Made by a program: the position numbers and the translations under genes. Below are positions 20,584 through 30,786 of a stretch of DNA of 64,000 nt, one piece after another. Position 1 is the first letter of the stretch. The number at the start of each line of letters is the position of its first letter. The notes under the pieces were generated by a model. That model was not told the DNA's origin and did no database searches. It worked only from the letters and a program-made list of their open reading frames with translations. This DNA is from Lachnospiraceae bacterium. Its GTDB lineage: Bacteria; Bacteroidota; Bacteroidia; Bacteroidales; Bacteroidaceae. Location: NCBI GenBank assembly GCA_963632255.1, contig CAVGTC010000001.1:3965-67964 (forward strand). The letters are read 5' to 3'.

Positions 20584-22851
20584 ATGATGATAACAAGAGA
20601 TTTCCCAGTGGACGGGATGAGCTGCGCTTCCTGTGCCGGACATGTGCGGCATGCGTTGGAGAAAACAGCCGGAGTGGCGGAGGCGGAGGTGAACCTCGCC
20701 ACTGCTACCGCCCGCGTCACCTATGACGAGGCGGTGTGCACGCCCGAGGGTATGAGGGCGAATGTGGCTCAAATGGGTTTCGACCTTGACATTTCCGCCG
20801 CCATTCCCGCCCCCGCTTCCGCCGCAGGGGGTGACGGCAGTGCGGCGAGTGGCGCGGAAACGCCCTCGCTGTCGTTGCTGCAAAGGCAGGAGGAAGATGC
20901 CGAACGCCGCGCCGCCGCGCGTTACCGTGATTTGCGCAAAAGGGCAGCAGGGGCTGTGGTGCTTGCCGTTCCGTCTGTGGTGCTCGCGTTTTTCCCCCGT
21001 CTTTTTTCGGGGGAGGAAATGCTGCTCTTCTTCCTTGCGGCGTGGACGCTGGGGAAATACGGTAGTGTCTTCTTTGCCAACGCGTGGCGGTTTCTGTGCC
21101 ACCGCGCCTGCGGGATGGACACGCTTGTCGCGCTCAGCACCGGCACGGCTTTCGCTTACAGCTGTTTCGCGCTGTTTTTCCCGCAGTGGTTTGTCGCCCA
21201 CGGCGGCGAGCCCCGGCTTTACTTTGACTCGTGCGTGATGGTCACGGCATTTGTGCTTTCGGGTAGACTGATGGAGGCGCGGGCGAAGCGGCGTGCGTCC
21301 TCCGCGCTGCGCCGTCTCGCCGAGTTGCAGCCCTGCCGCGTCACCCGCCGGCGTGCGGATGGCGGCACGGAGGAGGCGGACATCGCCTCGGTGCGTGCGG
21401 GCGACACGCTCGTAGCGCGTCCGGGCGAGCGCATCGCGGCGGACGGCGTGGTGAGGTTGGGAAAGTCGGAGGTGGACGAGAGTACGCTGACGGGTGAGCC
21501 GCTCCCCGTGGCGAAAAGTCCCGCAGACAAGGTGATGGCGGGTACGGTGAACGGCAGTGGCGTGCTGGAGTATGAAGCACTGCGGGCGGGTGACGACACC
21601 CTGTTGGCACGTGTGGTGCGGTCGGTGCGCGAGGCGCAGGGCAGCAAAGTGCCGGCGCAGGCACTGGCGGACCGCGTCGCGGCGGTTTTTGTGCCCGCCA
21701 TCTTTTGTGCCGCCCTGCTAAGCGGCGCGGCGTGGCTGGTGTGGGGTGCGGCGGATGTGCGCTGCGCCAACGCCCTGCTGGCCGTGGTGTCCGTGCTTGT
21801 GATGGCGTGCCCCTGCGCCTTGGGGCTTGCCACGCCCACGGCCATCGTGGCGGGCGTGGGGGCGTGCGCAAGGCACGGCATACTGGTGAGGGATGCGGCC
21901 GCGCTTGAGGGTGCGTGCCGTGTCGATACGTTTGTATTCGACAAGACGGGCACGCTCACCGAGGGGCGGCCCGTAGTGGTGGCGTGCGAAAATCCCGACT
22001 TCGCCGGCGTGCTTGCCGCCTTGGAGCGTTATTCCGTTCATCCCGTGGGACGCGCGGTGAGGGAACGCTTCAAGGACACGCCGCGACTGGCAGTGGCCAA
22101 TTTCCGCAGCACGTCGGGCTTCGGGGTGGAAGGCGAGGTGGACGGAAAGCGGTATGCGCTGGGCAGTCTGCCCCGTCTTCTCGGGCGCGGCGCGAGCATC
22201 GGAGCGCAGCTCCGCGCAAGGGCTGAGGCTTGGGCGTGTGACGGCTTCACGGTGGCCGCACTGGCCGAGGAGGGCAGGGTGGTGTCCCTGCTCTGTGTGG
22301 CGGACAAGGTGAGGGATGACGCGGCGGAGGTGGTGCATGCGTTGCATGGCGGCGGCGTGCGCGTGTGCGTGCTGAGCGGCGACAACGAGGCTGCTGTGGC
22401 TCGCGTGGCGCAGCAAGTGGGTGCGGACACCTACAAGGCCAACGCGCTGCCCGATGACAAAGCGACCTACATACGTCGCTTGCGCTCGGGCGGTCGCCGC
22501 GTGGCGATGGCGGGCGATGGGGTAAACGACAGCGCGGCGCTTGCGGCGGCCGACCTTGGTGTGGCAATGGGGCGTGGGAGTGACACGGCCGTGGAGGCGG
22601 CCATGGTCACCGTGCTTTCGGCCGCCCCGTCCGCGCTACCTGCGTTGCTGCGCATTTCGCGCCGCACGCGCTACACCGTGCGGCAGAACCTCGTGTGGGC
22701 TTTCGCGTACAACATTCTTGCCGTGCCTGTGGCGGCTGGCGTGCTCTACCCGCTTTGCGGCGTGATGCTCAGTCCGGCGGTGGCCGGCGCGGCGATGGCT
22801 TTCAGCAGCGTGAGCGTGGTGGCCAACAGCCTGCGCCTGAGCCGGGCGTGA
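20584..22851 (+). CDS. copA: Heavy-metal P1B-type ATPase, Cu(I) type
   Basis: GMSCASC HMA domain, TGEP, CPCALG, DKTGT, GDGVND, YN and MAFSS motifs. Confidence 0.88.
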   Translation: MMITRDFPVDGMSCASCAGHVRHALEKTAGVAEAEVNLATATARVTYDEAVCTPEGMRANVAQMGFDLDISAAIPAPASAAGGDGSAASGAETPSLSLLQRQEEDAERRAAARYRDLRKRAAGAVVLAVPSVVLAFFPRLFSGEEMLLFFLAAWTLGKYGSVFFANAWRFLCHRACGMDTLVALSTGTAFAYSCFALFFPQWFVAHGGEPRLYFDSCVMVTAFVLSGRLMEARAKRRASSALRRLAELQPCRVTRRRADGGTEEADIASVRAGDTLVARPGERIAADGVVRLGKSEVDESTLTGEPLPVAKSPADKVMAGTVNGSGVLEYEALRAGDDTLLARVVRSVREAQGSKVPAQALADRVAAVFVPAIFCAALLSGAAWLVWGAADVRCANALLAVVSVLVMACPCALGLATPTAIVAGVGACARHGILVRDAAALEGACRVDTFVFDKTGTLTEGRPVVVACENPDFAGVLAALERYSVHPVGRAVRERFKDTPRLAVANFRSTSGFGVEGEVDGKRYALGSLPRLLGRGASIGAQLRARAEAWACDGFTVAALAEEGRVVSLLCVADKVRDDAAEVVHALHGGGVRVCVLSGDNEAAVARVAQQVGADTYKANALPDDKATYIRRLRSGGRRVAMAGDGVNDSAALAAADLGVAMGRGSDTAVEAAMVTVLSAAPSALPALLRISRRTRYTVRQNLVWAFAYNILAVPVAAGVLYPLCGVMLSPAVAGAAMAFSSVSVVANSLRLSRA

Positions 22852-22966
22852 GTGCGGGGCGCGTGCCGCTTAATACGCTTTGTCCCTTTTAATGGCTACA
22901 TTTGCCGCGTGGCGGCGCATCGCCCGGCACAGCGGCGGAAACAACAAACAAAACCACAGAGTATAT

Positions 22967-23344
22967 ATGAAGACATTGCTGACATTCATCGCGGCTTTCG
23001 TCCTTGGGACGGCGGCGGCTTTCGCAAAAGACATCAAGACGCTTGTCGTCACCCCTACGCCGCAGATGCATTGCGCTTCGTGCGAGAAGAAAATAAAGGA
23101 CGGGCTGCGCTTTGAGCGCGGCGTGAAGGACATCGTGACGAGCCTTGACAGCCAGACGGTGACGGTGAAGTATGACGCCGACAAAACCACGGAAGAGAAA
23201 CTTCTCAAGTGTTTCGTAAAGATAGGCTACTCGGTGGAGGTGGTGAAGTCCGGCGGCACGGAGGGAAAGCCGTGCTGCGCGGCAAAGGATAAGCGTGAAG
23301 CGAGCTGCGCCAAGGGTGGCGACCGTGCTTGCTGCGGAAAGTAA
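22967..23344 (+). CDS. Exported heavy-metal-associated (HMA) domain protein with Cys-rich tail
   Basis: Signal peptide, MHCASC, C-terminal CC..C..CC. Confidence 0.8.
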   Translation: MKTLLTFIAAFVLGTAAAFAKDIKTLVVTPTPQMHCASCEKKIKDGLRFERGVKDIVTSLDSQTVTVKYDADKTTEEKLLKCFVKIGYSVEVVKSGGTEGKPCCAAKDKREASCAKGGDRACCGK

Positions 23345-23557
23345 AGGCGCAGCTTGCGGCAAACTCGGCGTGCTTTTTTCGTGTCCTGCGGTGTGTGGTT
23401 GTTTTGCGAAGTGTCACAAAAACGGCACAGAAACTGACATACGGAGAATGTGACAATGTGGATTTACGGGGTCGGGCGGATTTCCCGCCGCCGGGGATGC
23501 GTCGTGGCGGTCGGTCGGGGCGGCGGTAGTTGTTGGAGGATATTCAGAAATGCCCCT

Positions 23558-23836
23558 TTATCCAAATGCGGGGAGCAGTTGTTTGATTCGCCCTATAAGG
23601 TAGAAAGGAAGGTTCACCAAGGTGAATGTCTTTCCGTTAGGCGTTGTCACCTTGTCAACGGAATAGGGCTTCGACCATACCCTTATCGCCACATCGTTGT
23701 CAGAGCTGTCCATAAAGACCTGAATGGAACGCAGGTGGGCGTTGGCGCCGCTTTTCACCTCTATGGGGTATAGGCGTGAGTCGTGCTGCAGCACGAAGTC
23801 CACCTCCGCGCCATTGTTGGGCTTTGCCCAGAACCC
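23558..23836 (-). pseudogene. C-terminal remnant of a DUF4143-type AAA ATPase
   Basis: Reads FWAKPNNGAEVDFVLQHDSRLYPIEVKSG...LPFYL; no N-terminal Walker A region, upstream DNA is a repeat array. Confidence 0.7.
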
Positions 23837-23845
23837 TCTTGAAAA

Positions 23846-23962
23846 TGTTGCAAATCAGTGGCAAAATGCGTCTGAATTTGTCGTAAATCAGCAGCAAGCG
23901 TTTCCTTCTTTGTCGCAAATCAGTGGCAAAACGCATCAAAACCTGTCGTAAATCAGCGGCAA
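23846..23962. repeat. Four-unit 32-33 bp tandem repeat
   Basis: Core TGTYGYAAATCAGYRGCAA starting at 23846, 23879, 23911 and 23944. Confidence 0.85.
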
Positions 23963-23980
23963 GGCGGCGGGGAAGGCTTG

Positions 23981-25543
23981 TCACTCGCCCCAATTGCCGC
24001 GGTCGAGGTTGCGGTAGCCTATGGCTTCGGCGATGTGTTGGCGCTGTATGTCGGGCGACGCGTCAAGGTCGGCTATGGTGCGGGCGACGCGCAGTATGCG
24101 GTCGTAGGCGCGGGCGGAGAGGTCGAGCCGTTTCATAGCCTGTGTGAGCGTGCGGCTGCACTCCGTGTCAAGGTGCGCGTGCTGCTCAAGCAGCGGACGC
24201 GTCATCTGCGCGTTGCAGTGTATGCCCTTGTGCCCCTTGTAACGCTCGGTTTGTATGGCGCGAGCCGCCATCACCCGCTCGCGTATTACGGCGCTCGGCT
24301 CGCCAGCCGGCGCGTTGGCGAGTTCCTCCACGGGGACGGGCGTCACCTCCGTCTGTATGTCTATGCGGTCGAGCAGCGGGCCGCTTATCTTGCCCATGTA
24401 GTTTTGTATCTGCCACGGCGTGCACTTGCACTTGTGCGTGGGGTGGTTGTAGTAACCGCAGGGGCAGGGGTTCATTGACGCCACCAGCATGAACGAGCAC
24501 GGCAGCGTGACCGTGTACTTTGCCCGCGATATGGTGATTTCCCTGTCCTCCAGGGGTTGGCGTAGGGTCTCCAGTGCCGTGCGGCTGAACTCCGGCAGCT
24601 CGTCAAGGAAGAGTATGCCGTTGTGTGCGAGGCTTATTTCGCCCGGCTTGCACTGTGCCCCGCCGCCGATGAGCGCCACGTCGCTGATGGTGTGGTGGGG
24701 CGAGCGGAAAGGCCGTTGCGCCACGAGGGAGGTCTGCGCCCCCAGCTTTCCCGCCACGGAGTGTATCTGCGTCGTTTCGAGACTCTCGGCCATGGTTAGC
24801 TGAGGCAGGATGGACGGCAGGCGTTTTGCCATCATGCTCTTTCCGCAGCCCGGCGAGCCCACGAGGAGGATGTTGTGGCCGCCGGCCGCCGCCACCTCAA
24901 ACGCCCGCTTCACGCTTTCCTGCCCTTTCACGTCGGCGAAGTCGTAGGGGCAGCTGGCCTGGGCGGCGCGGAACTCCTTGCGGGTGTCAATTTCGGTGGC
25001 GGGCAGCGCATCCGCGTCGCCTTTGAGAAACGCCACCACCTGCCGCAGGTTGTCCGCCCCGTACACCTTGAGCCTGTTCACCACGGCGGCCTCCATCACG
25101 TTGTCCTTTGGCACGATAAGTCCCTCAAAGCCCATCGCCCGCGCCTGGATGGAGATGGAGAGCGCGCCTTTCACCGGGCGCAGCGAGCCGTCCAGCCCCA
25201 GCTCGCCTACGAAGACATAGCGGTCGAGCTGCTCGGGCGGCACCTCGCGGCACGCCGCCAGCATGCCTATGGCGAGCGGGAGGTCGTAGCCGGAGCCTTC
25301 CTTGCGCACGTCGGCGGGGGCGAAGTTCACCGTGTATTTCATGCGCGGCGGGAGGCGGAACTGGCTGTTCTGGAATGCTCCGTCCACGCGCATGCGGCTC
25401 TCGCGCACGGCGTTGTCGGGCAGCCCCACCATAAGGAACATGGGCGTGTCCTCGGAGGCCGCCATTTGCCGCATGTTCACTTCAAGGAAAACGGGCATCG
25501 CCTTGAGGCCGTTGACTGCGCAGGTGTTTACTTTTACAAGCAT
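23981..25543 (-). CDS. comM: YifB/ComM family Mg-chelatase-like AAA+ ATPase
   Basis: MVGLPDNAVRESR, RKEGSGYDLP, GSPGCGKS, PGEISLAHNGILFLDELPEF, NPCPCG, LSARAYDRILRVARTIADL. Confidence 0.93.
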   Translation of the reverse strand: MLVKVNTCAVNGLKAMPVFLEVNMRQMAASEDTPMFLMVGLPDNAVRESRMRVDGAFQNSQFRLPPRMKYTVNFAPADVRKEGSGYDLPLAIGMLAACREVPPEQLDRYVFVGELGLDGSLRPVKGALSISIQARAMGFEGLIVPKDNVMEAAVVNRLKVYGADNLRQVVAFLKGDADALPATEIDTRKEFRAAQASCPYDFADVKGQESVKRAFEVAAAGGHNILLVGSPGCGKSMMAKRLPSILPQLTMAESLETTQIHSVAGKLGAQTSLVAQRPFRSPHHTISDVALIGGGAQCKPGEISLAHNGILFLDELPEFSRTALETLRQPLEDREITISRAKYTVTLPCSFMLVASMNPCPCGYYNHPTHKCKCTPWQIQNYMGKISGPLLDRIDIQTEVTPVPVEELANAPAGEPSAVIRERVMAARAIQTERYKGHKGIHCNAQMTRPLLEQHAHLDTECSRTLTQAMKRLDLSARAYDRILRVARTIADLDASPDIQRQHIAEAIGYRNLDRGNWGE

Positions 25544-25613
25544 GGTGTGTGTGGTGTGCGGTGGGTTGGGGGGAGGGTGCTTTGCGGTCGCTTCTTTATG
25601 GAGGTCTGTTGGC

Positions 25614-26672
25614 TTATTTGGCGGGGAGGTCGGCGGGGGAGGTGATGTCGCGCCGCCTTATCACGCCGCGTGCGTCCACCTCCATCACCGAGGGGACGTA
25701 GCGCAGGGCGGTCTTTTGCGCGAGCGGCGTGGCGAAAGCCTTTCCGTCCCACACTATGGTAGCGTGGGAGAGGCTGTCGGTGGCCAGTACCCTGCGCAGC
25801 GGGTCGGCGGAGGGGTCGAGCGAAACCGCAAGTAGGCGGCAGTCGCCGTATTTTCCCTCGCGTATGCTCCTGTTGACGGTGCGCAGCATGGAGATGCTCT
25901 CACCGCTCCACGCCGCGCAAAACACGATGAAGAAGCGGTGGCCGGCGAAAGTGGCGTTGTCCACCGTCGCGCCGCCGAGCGTCTTCGCCGAAAAGGCGGG
26001 CAGACGGCAGTCCGTGCCGCACAGCAGGCGGGGGCGCAGGCGCGTGCAGAGCTGCGTGACGGCCGCGTTGGACGGCTGTGCCTTGTGCAGCGCGTCAAGC
26101 AACGGGAGGGCTGTGCGCGGGTCGGTGTCGCGCGGCGTGTCGAAGTATTTGCGGAAAACCGCCACGGCGGCGAGCGTGGCGGGGTGGTCACGCACAAACT
26201 GCGCCGCCGCCGCGCGCTGGTTGGAGGCGGGCGCGGCGTTGTTGGTGGCACGGAAGTCGGAGAGAAGCCGGTTCTCCTCCGTCCCTGTCACCTCCGCCGC
26301 GCCGATGTGCGCCGCCTCGCCCCGCATGCGCACGGTTTTGCCGGGCTCCATGACGAGGTGGGTCTGTGTGAAGTTGGGGTAGAGCAGCGTGACAAGCACG
26401 GGGCGCGTGGCGGTGCGCTCGTAGGTGAAGCGTCCGTCCTCTATGCGCACGGTGTCCACGCCGCCCTCCGCGCCGTCCTCGCAGTAGATGTAGACATCGG
26501 CTTGGGATATGTTGTCAATCCTTCCCTCCAGCCTGGCTTTCCCCTTGCCCGGACCGCAGGCGGCGGCGAGCAGTGCGGCGAGAGCCAGAAGCAGCAGGGT
26601 GAGGGGTGTGGACGGCTTGGCGTGTGCGTAAATACGGGCGGCTGTGCGGGCGGCGGCAGCGTGGGTGTGCAT
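25614..26672 (-). CDS. DUF4369/TlpA-like lipoprotein (thioredoxin-like fold without a full CxxC)
   Basis: Lipobox LLAAC, DTVRIEDGRF N-terminal domain, FCAAWS; start uncertain. Confidence 0.6.
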   Translation of the reverse strand: MHTHAAAARTAARIYAHAKPSTPLTLLLLALAALLAAACGPGKGKARLEGRIDNISQADVYIYCEDGAEGGVDTVRIEDGRFTYERTATRPVLVTLLYPNFTQTHLVMEPGKTVRMRGEAAHIGAAEVTGTEENRLLSDFRATNNAAPASNQRAAAAQFVRDHPATLAAVAVFRKYFDTPRDTDPRTALPLLDALHKAQPSNAAVTQLCTRLRPRLLCGTDCRLPAFSAKTLGGATVDNATFAGHRFFIVFCAAWSGESISMLRTVNRSIREGKYGDCRLLAVSLDPSADPLRRVLATDSLSHATIVWDGKAFATPLAQKTALRYVPSVMEVDARGVIRRRDITSPADLPAK

Positions 26673-26786
26673 CTCTTTGCGTGTGGTGGTAAACAAAAAA
26701 GGAGAATGCCGCCCGCCCTTTCTTCTCTCTTACGGGGCGGGCGCATTCTCCGTGTGCGGTGCGTGCCGCTCGCGCGGCGGCGTGTT

Positions 26787-28484
26787 TTACTTCACGAGGC
26801 TTTGGAAGTAGCTGTCGTTGAAGAGCGAGACAAACTCAAGATCCTTTTCCGCGTAGCTTTTCAGCGAGCCGTCCTTGGCTATGGCGGAGCGCAGGCTTGC
26901 CAGCGCGTCGGAGCTGCGGTTGGTGCGGGCGGCGAGGATGGCTTTGAGGTAGTCGGTGTAGGCGTCGGGCTGCGCCACCTTGGAGAGGGTGCCGGCGGCC
27001 GAGGCGTAGTCCTTGCTGAGTATCTGCGCCAGCGCGGCGGAGTTGGTGTTGCAGCCTTTCAGGCTCTGTGCGGCCTGGGCGTAGTTGCCCTGCGCCACTT
27101 GCAGGTTGCTGAGAGCCTCGTTGTAGTTCTTTGCCGAGGTGGCCTGTGACAGGTAGTTCTGCGCCCCCTCCGTGTCGCCTCCGGACAGGGCGAGCAGCGC
27201 GCGGTTGGCGTTTACCTCGGCGGCGTCGCCCCTCTTCGCGGCGGCCTTGTCAAGGTAGCCTTTCGCGGCGGCGGTGTCACCCTTTGCGTAGGCGAGGGCG
27301 GCGAGGTTGTTGAAGGCGCGGTAGTCGGCGGGGTACTGCTTGGCGGCGGTGGAGTAGATGTCCTGCTGCTTGGTGGTGTCCTCGGTGAGCGTCGCCGCGT
27401 AGAGGAGTTCCTCCACGGAGAGCTTGGAAGCGTCGGTCTTATACTGCTCGTCTATTTCGTCGTCCGTGCGTCCGATGAGGTTGTAGTTGATGGTGAGGCG
27501 GGCGCGGCGCAGCTCGGGCAGGATTTCGTCAGCCAGCTCGCCGAAGCCCTTGGAGAGGTTGCGTATCTGCGTCTCGCGCTCCTCGGGGTCCTGGTACATT
27601 GAGAGGACGCGCAGAATTACGTCCTTGTCCTGCATGTTGGAAGCCTGCACAAGTTCCTGGAAACCCTCCCAGTCCTGCGCCGTGTAGCGCGTGTCGACGT
27701 CGGTGCTGAGGCTGAGGCTCTTCAGCTGTTTGTCCACATACTGCGAGGACGATTTCCCGCGCTGCTCGGCGAGGCCCTTGTTGAGTTTGAGTCCGCCGTC
27801 GGGCGAGGCGTACGCCGACACCTCGATGTTTTCCAGCATAAGCCCTTTCTGGTCGGCTTTTATGTCGCGCAGCGTCTGCACAAAGTCCTTTACGGAGGTG
27901 GTGGAGAGTTCGCTGTTGCGTATGTTGGCCTGCTGTATGAGGTACTTAATCTGTGCCTGTTTCGTCTGCTTCACCGCGTACTGGTAGGCGTCCTCGGCCA
28001 GGGTCGTGTTGGCCGTCGCCGCAGTCTTGCCAATGAGGGCTGAGGTGGCAAGCACGCCGTCGGCCACTTTCACCTCGGGCACCTTCACCTCCTTTTTGCC
28101 AAGGCGGGCGGTGAATTTGAGGTACAGCTCGCTGCGCTCCATGTCGGGCGTGTAGTCAAACTGGCTCTTCATGGTGTAGCTGCCGCCGAGCTTGTAGCTT
28201 ATCTCCTGGTCGTTGCCCTGCACTTTCTCGCCCTGGAAGGTGGCTTCCTTGCCCGTGGCGGAGCTTGTGGCGGAGCGCAGCTCGGGGGTGACGGTGACGA
28301 CGGCGTTTCTCTTCATGTATTTCTCGGGGAAGGTGCCGTTGATGGTCACGGGCACTTTCCCGCCCACTGCCTCGAGGGGCGAGGGCGTCACAGTGAAATT
28401 GTCAGCGGAGAGTTCTCCCAGCTTTCCGCAGGAGGCGAGCAGCAGTGTGCCCGCCGCCAGCGTCAGATAGATGTGGCTTCGCAT
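26787..28484 (-). CDS. TPR-containing lipoprotein with OmpA-like segment
   Basis: Lipobox LLLASC, SAYASPDGG..LNKGLAEQR, C-terminal TPR-like helices. Confidence 0.7.
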   Translation of the reverse strand: MRSHIYLTLAAGTLLLASCGKLGELSADNFTVTPSPLEAVGGKVPVTINGTFPEKYMKRNAVVTVTPELRSATSSATGKEATFQGEKVQGNDQEISYKLGGSYTMKSQFDYTPDMERSELYLKFTARLGKKEVKVPEVKVADGVLATSALIGKTAATANTTLAEDAYQYAVKQTKQAQIKYLIQQANIRNSELSTTSVKDFVQTLRDIKADQKGLMLENIEVSAYASPDGGLKLNKGLAEQRGKSSSQYVDKQLKSLSLSTDVDTRYTAQDWEGFQELVQASNMQDKDVILRVLSMYQDPEERETQIRNLSKGFGELADEILPELRRARLTINYNLIGRTDDEIDEQYKTDASKLSVEELLYAATLTEDTTKQQDIYSTAAKQYPADYRAFNNLAALAYAKGDTAAAKGYLDKAAAKRGDAAEVNANRALLALSGGDTEGAQNYLSQATSAKNYNEALSNLQVAQGNYAQAAQSLKGCNTNSAALAQILSKDYASAAGTLSKVAQPDAYTDYLKAILAARTNRSSDALASLRSAIAKDGSLKSYAEKDLEFVSLFNDSYFQSLVK

Positions 28485-28629
28485 ATAATATATAAGGTGT
28501 GGTTTTTCTTTCGTGTGCGGTTTCTTCCAGGGCAAAGGTAGGAAAAGTGCCGGCTACGCCGCGCGGACGGCAGTGCCTTTTCAGGTTATATAACAGAAAT
28601 CCGCCTTAACGCGCCGTCCCCGTCTCGCC

Positions 28630-29469
28630 TCACGCTTTCTCGCCCAGGCGGCGGCAGAGCTTGCCGCCCAGCAGGCAGTAAAGCCCGAGGGCGATGAACG
28701 GGATGCTGAGCAGCTGCCCCTGGTCAAGACCGATGAGCGACACCATTTTCTGCTCCCACGGCTCCTGCACCTCCTTGCAGAACTCCACGAGGAGGCGGAA
28801 GGTGAAGATGCTTGTCAGGCACCAGCCGAAGAAGAAGCCCGTCCCCACTTTCTGCGGGCGGCGGCGGTACAGCAGCAGTCCGGCGGCGAAGAAAAGCAGG
28901 TACGCGGCGGCCTCGTACAGCTGCGCCGGGTGGCGCGGCAGCGTGTCGCCGAGGCGGGCGAAGACAAAGCCGTAGTCCGTGCCGGTGTACTTGCCCACAA
29001 TCTCCGAGTTCATCAGGTTGCCAAGGCGTATGAAGCACGCCGCCACGGGCGTGGCGATGGCTATGTTGTCCAGCACGCGCATCAGGTTCACCTTCGTGCG
29101 GCGCACGTACAGCCACAGCGCCACCATAAGCCCCAGCGTGCCGCCGTGCGAGGCCAGCCCGGCGTAGCCCGTGAAGTGCCATGCGCCGTCCGCGCCGCGC
29201 CGCGCCGGCAGCACCATCTCCAGCGGGTGGGCGAGGAAGTACTGCGGCTCGTAGAGGAGGCAGTGCCCCAGCCGCGCCCCGGCGAGAATGCCGATGAAGC
29301 AGTAGAGGAAGAGCGGGTCGAATTTTTCCTGCGGTATGCCCTGGCGGCGGTAGAGGCGGTACACCACGACGTAGGCCAGCGCCAGCGCGAGGCACCAGCA
29401 CACGCCGTACCAGCGCACGCCGTACGTGCCGACGGAGAAAGCCGTGACGGAGGGATCCCAGTATATCAT
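28630..29469 (-). CDS. lgt: Prolipoprotein diacylglyceryl transferase
   Basis: VRWYG, GARLGH, GLASHGG, RLGNLMNSE, HPAQLYE. Confidence 0.95.
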   Translation of the reverse strand: MIYWDPSVTAFSVGTYGVRWYGVCWCLALALAYVVVYRLYRRQGIPQEKFDPLFLYCFIGILAGARLGHCLLYEPQYFLAHPLEMVLPARRGADGAWHFTGYAGLASHGGTLGLMVALWLYVRRTKVNLMRVLDNIAIATPVAACFIRLGNLMNSEIVGKYTGTDYGFVFARLGDTLPRHPAQLYEAAAYLLFFAAGLLLYRRRPQKVGTGFFFGWCLTSIFTFRLLVEFCKEVQEPWEQKMVSLIGLDQGQLLSIPFIALGLYCLLGGKLCRRLGEKA

Positions 29470-29538
29470 AAGGTGGTGGATAAGGCGGGTTGGGTGTAGT
29501 GTCTTGGTTGCGCGCGCGGGACGCGGCGGGGCGCGGGC

Positions 29539-30642
29539 TTACACGTTGAAGCGGAAGTGCATGATGTCGCCGTCCTGCACCTCGTATTCCTTACCCTCGA
29601 CGTGCAGCAGGCCGGCGTCGCGCACGGCGCTCTCCGAGCCGAGTCGTATGTAGTCGGCGTACTTTATCACCTCGGCGCGTATGAAGCCCTTTTCAAAGTC
29701 GGTGTGTATCACGCCGGCGCACTGCGGCGCTTTCCAGCCCTTGCGGTAGGTCCAGGCTTTCACCTCCATCTCGCCGGCCGTGATGAACGTCTCAAGGTTC
29801 AGCATCTTGTACGCCGCCTTGACGAGGCGGTTGCAGCCGCTCTCCTCCAGACCCACGTCCTGCAGAAACATCTGCCGCTCCTCGTAGGTCTCCAGCTCGG
29901 CGATGTCGGCCTCGGTCTGCGCGGCCAGCACCAGCACTTCCGCGCCCTCGGGCTCCACCGCCTTGCGCACCTCGTCCACGTAGTGGTTGCCCGTGGCGGC
30001 CGAGGCCTCGTCGACGTTGCACACGTACAGCACGGGCTTTGAGGTGAGCAGGAAGAGGTTGCGGGCGGCCGTCTGCTCCTCCTTGATGTCAAACTGCACG
30101 CTGCGGGCGCTTTTGCCCTGCAGCAGCGCGGCGCGGTAGGCCTGCAGCACCTCGTACTCGGTCTTCGCGCCCTTGTCGCCGCCCACCTGCGCTATTTTCT
30201 CCACGCGCTTCATGCGGTTTTCCACCGTCTCAAGGTCTTTCAGCTGCAGCTCGGTGTCTATAATCTCCTTGTCGCGCACGGGGTCCACGCTTCCGTCCAC
30301 GTGCACCACGTTGCCGTCGTCAAAGCAGCGCAGCACGTGTATGATGGCGTCGGTCTCGCGTATGTTGCCCAGAAACTGGTTGCCGAGCCCCTCGCCTTTC
30401 GACGCGCCTTTCACCAGTCCGGCTATGTCCACTATCTCCACCGTGGTGGGCACTATGCGCCCGGGGTGCACCAGCTCGGCCAGCTTGCCCAGCCGCTCGT
30501 CGGGCACGGTGATGACGCCCACGTTGGGCTCTATGGTGCAGAAGGGGAAGTTGGCAGACTGCGCCTTGGCGTTGCTAAGGCAGTTGAAGAGGGTGGACTT
30601 CCCCACGTTGGGCAGGCCCACGATGCCGCATTGTAAGCTCAT
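29539..30642 (-). CDS. ychF: Redox-regulated ATPase YchF
   Basis: GIVGLPNVGKSTLFN, NFPFCTIEPN, DIAGLVKGASKGEGLGN, HFRFNV. Confidence 0.97.
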   Translation of the reverse strand: MSLQCGIVGLPNVGKSTLFNCLSNAKAQSANFPFCTIEPNVGVITVPDERLGKLAELVHPGRIVPTTVEIVDIAGLVKGASKGEGLGNQFLGNIRETDAIIHVLRCFDDGNVVHVDGSVDPVRDKEIIDTELQLKDLETVENRMKRVEKIAQVGGDKGAKTEYEVLQAYRAALLQGKSARSVQFDIKEEQTAARNLFLLTSKPVLYVCNVDEASAATGNHYVDEVRKAVEPEGAEVLVLAAQTEADIAELETYEERQMFLQDVGLEESGCNRLVKAAYKMLNLETFITAGEMEVKAWTYRKGWKAPQCAGVIHTDFEKGFIRAEVIKYADYIRLGSESAVRDAGLLHVEGKEYEVQDGDIMHFRFNV

Positions 30643-30786
30643 GTGTTTGTCGTTCTCGGTTTTTCCAATCGGCAAAGTTACCATTTTCGCGCCGAACGCG
30701 GGGCATCCGGCGGCGCGGAGGGCGTGCCTTCGCGGCGGCGGGCTGATGTTTCCGCGCATTGCGCTAACTTTGCAGCCCAGCCGCCG

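Noticed and set aside
23846..23962. Possible mini-CRISPR array
   Set aside because: Repeats are 19 bp and degenerate, linkers are only 13-14 bp and partly similar to each other, and no cas genes are in the window
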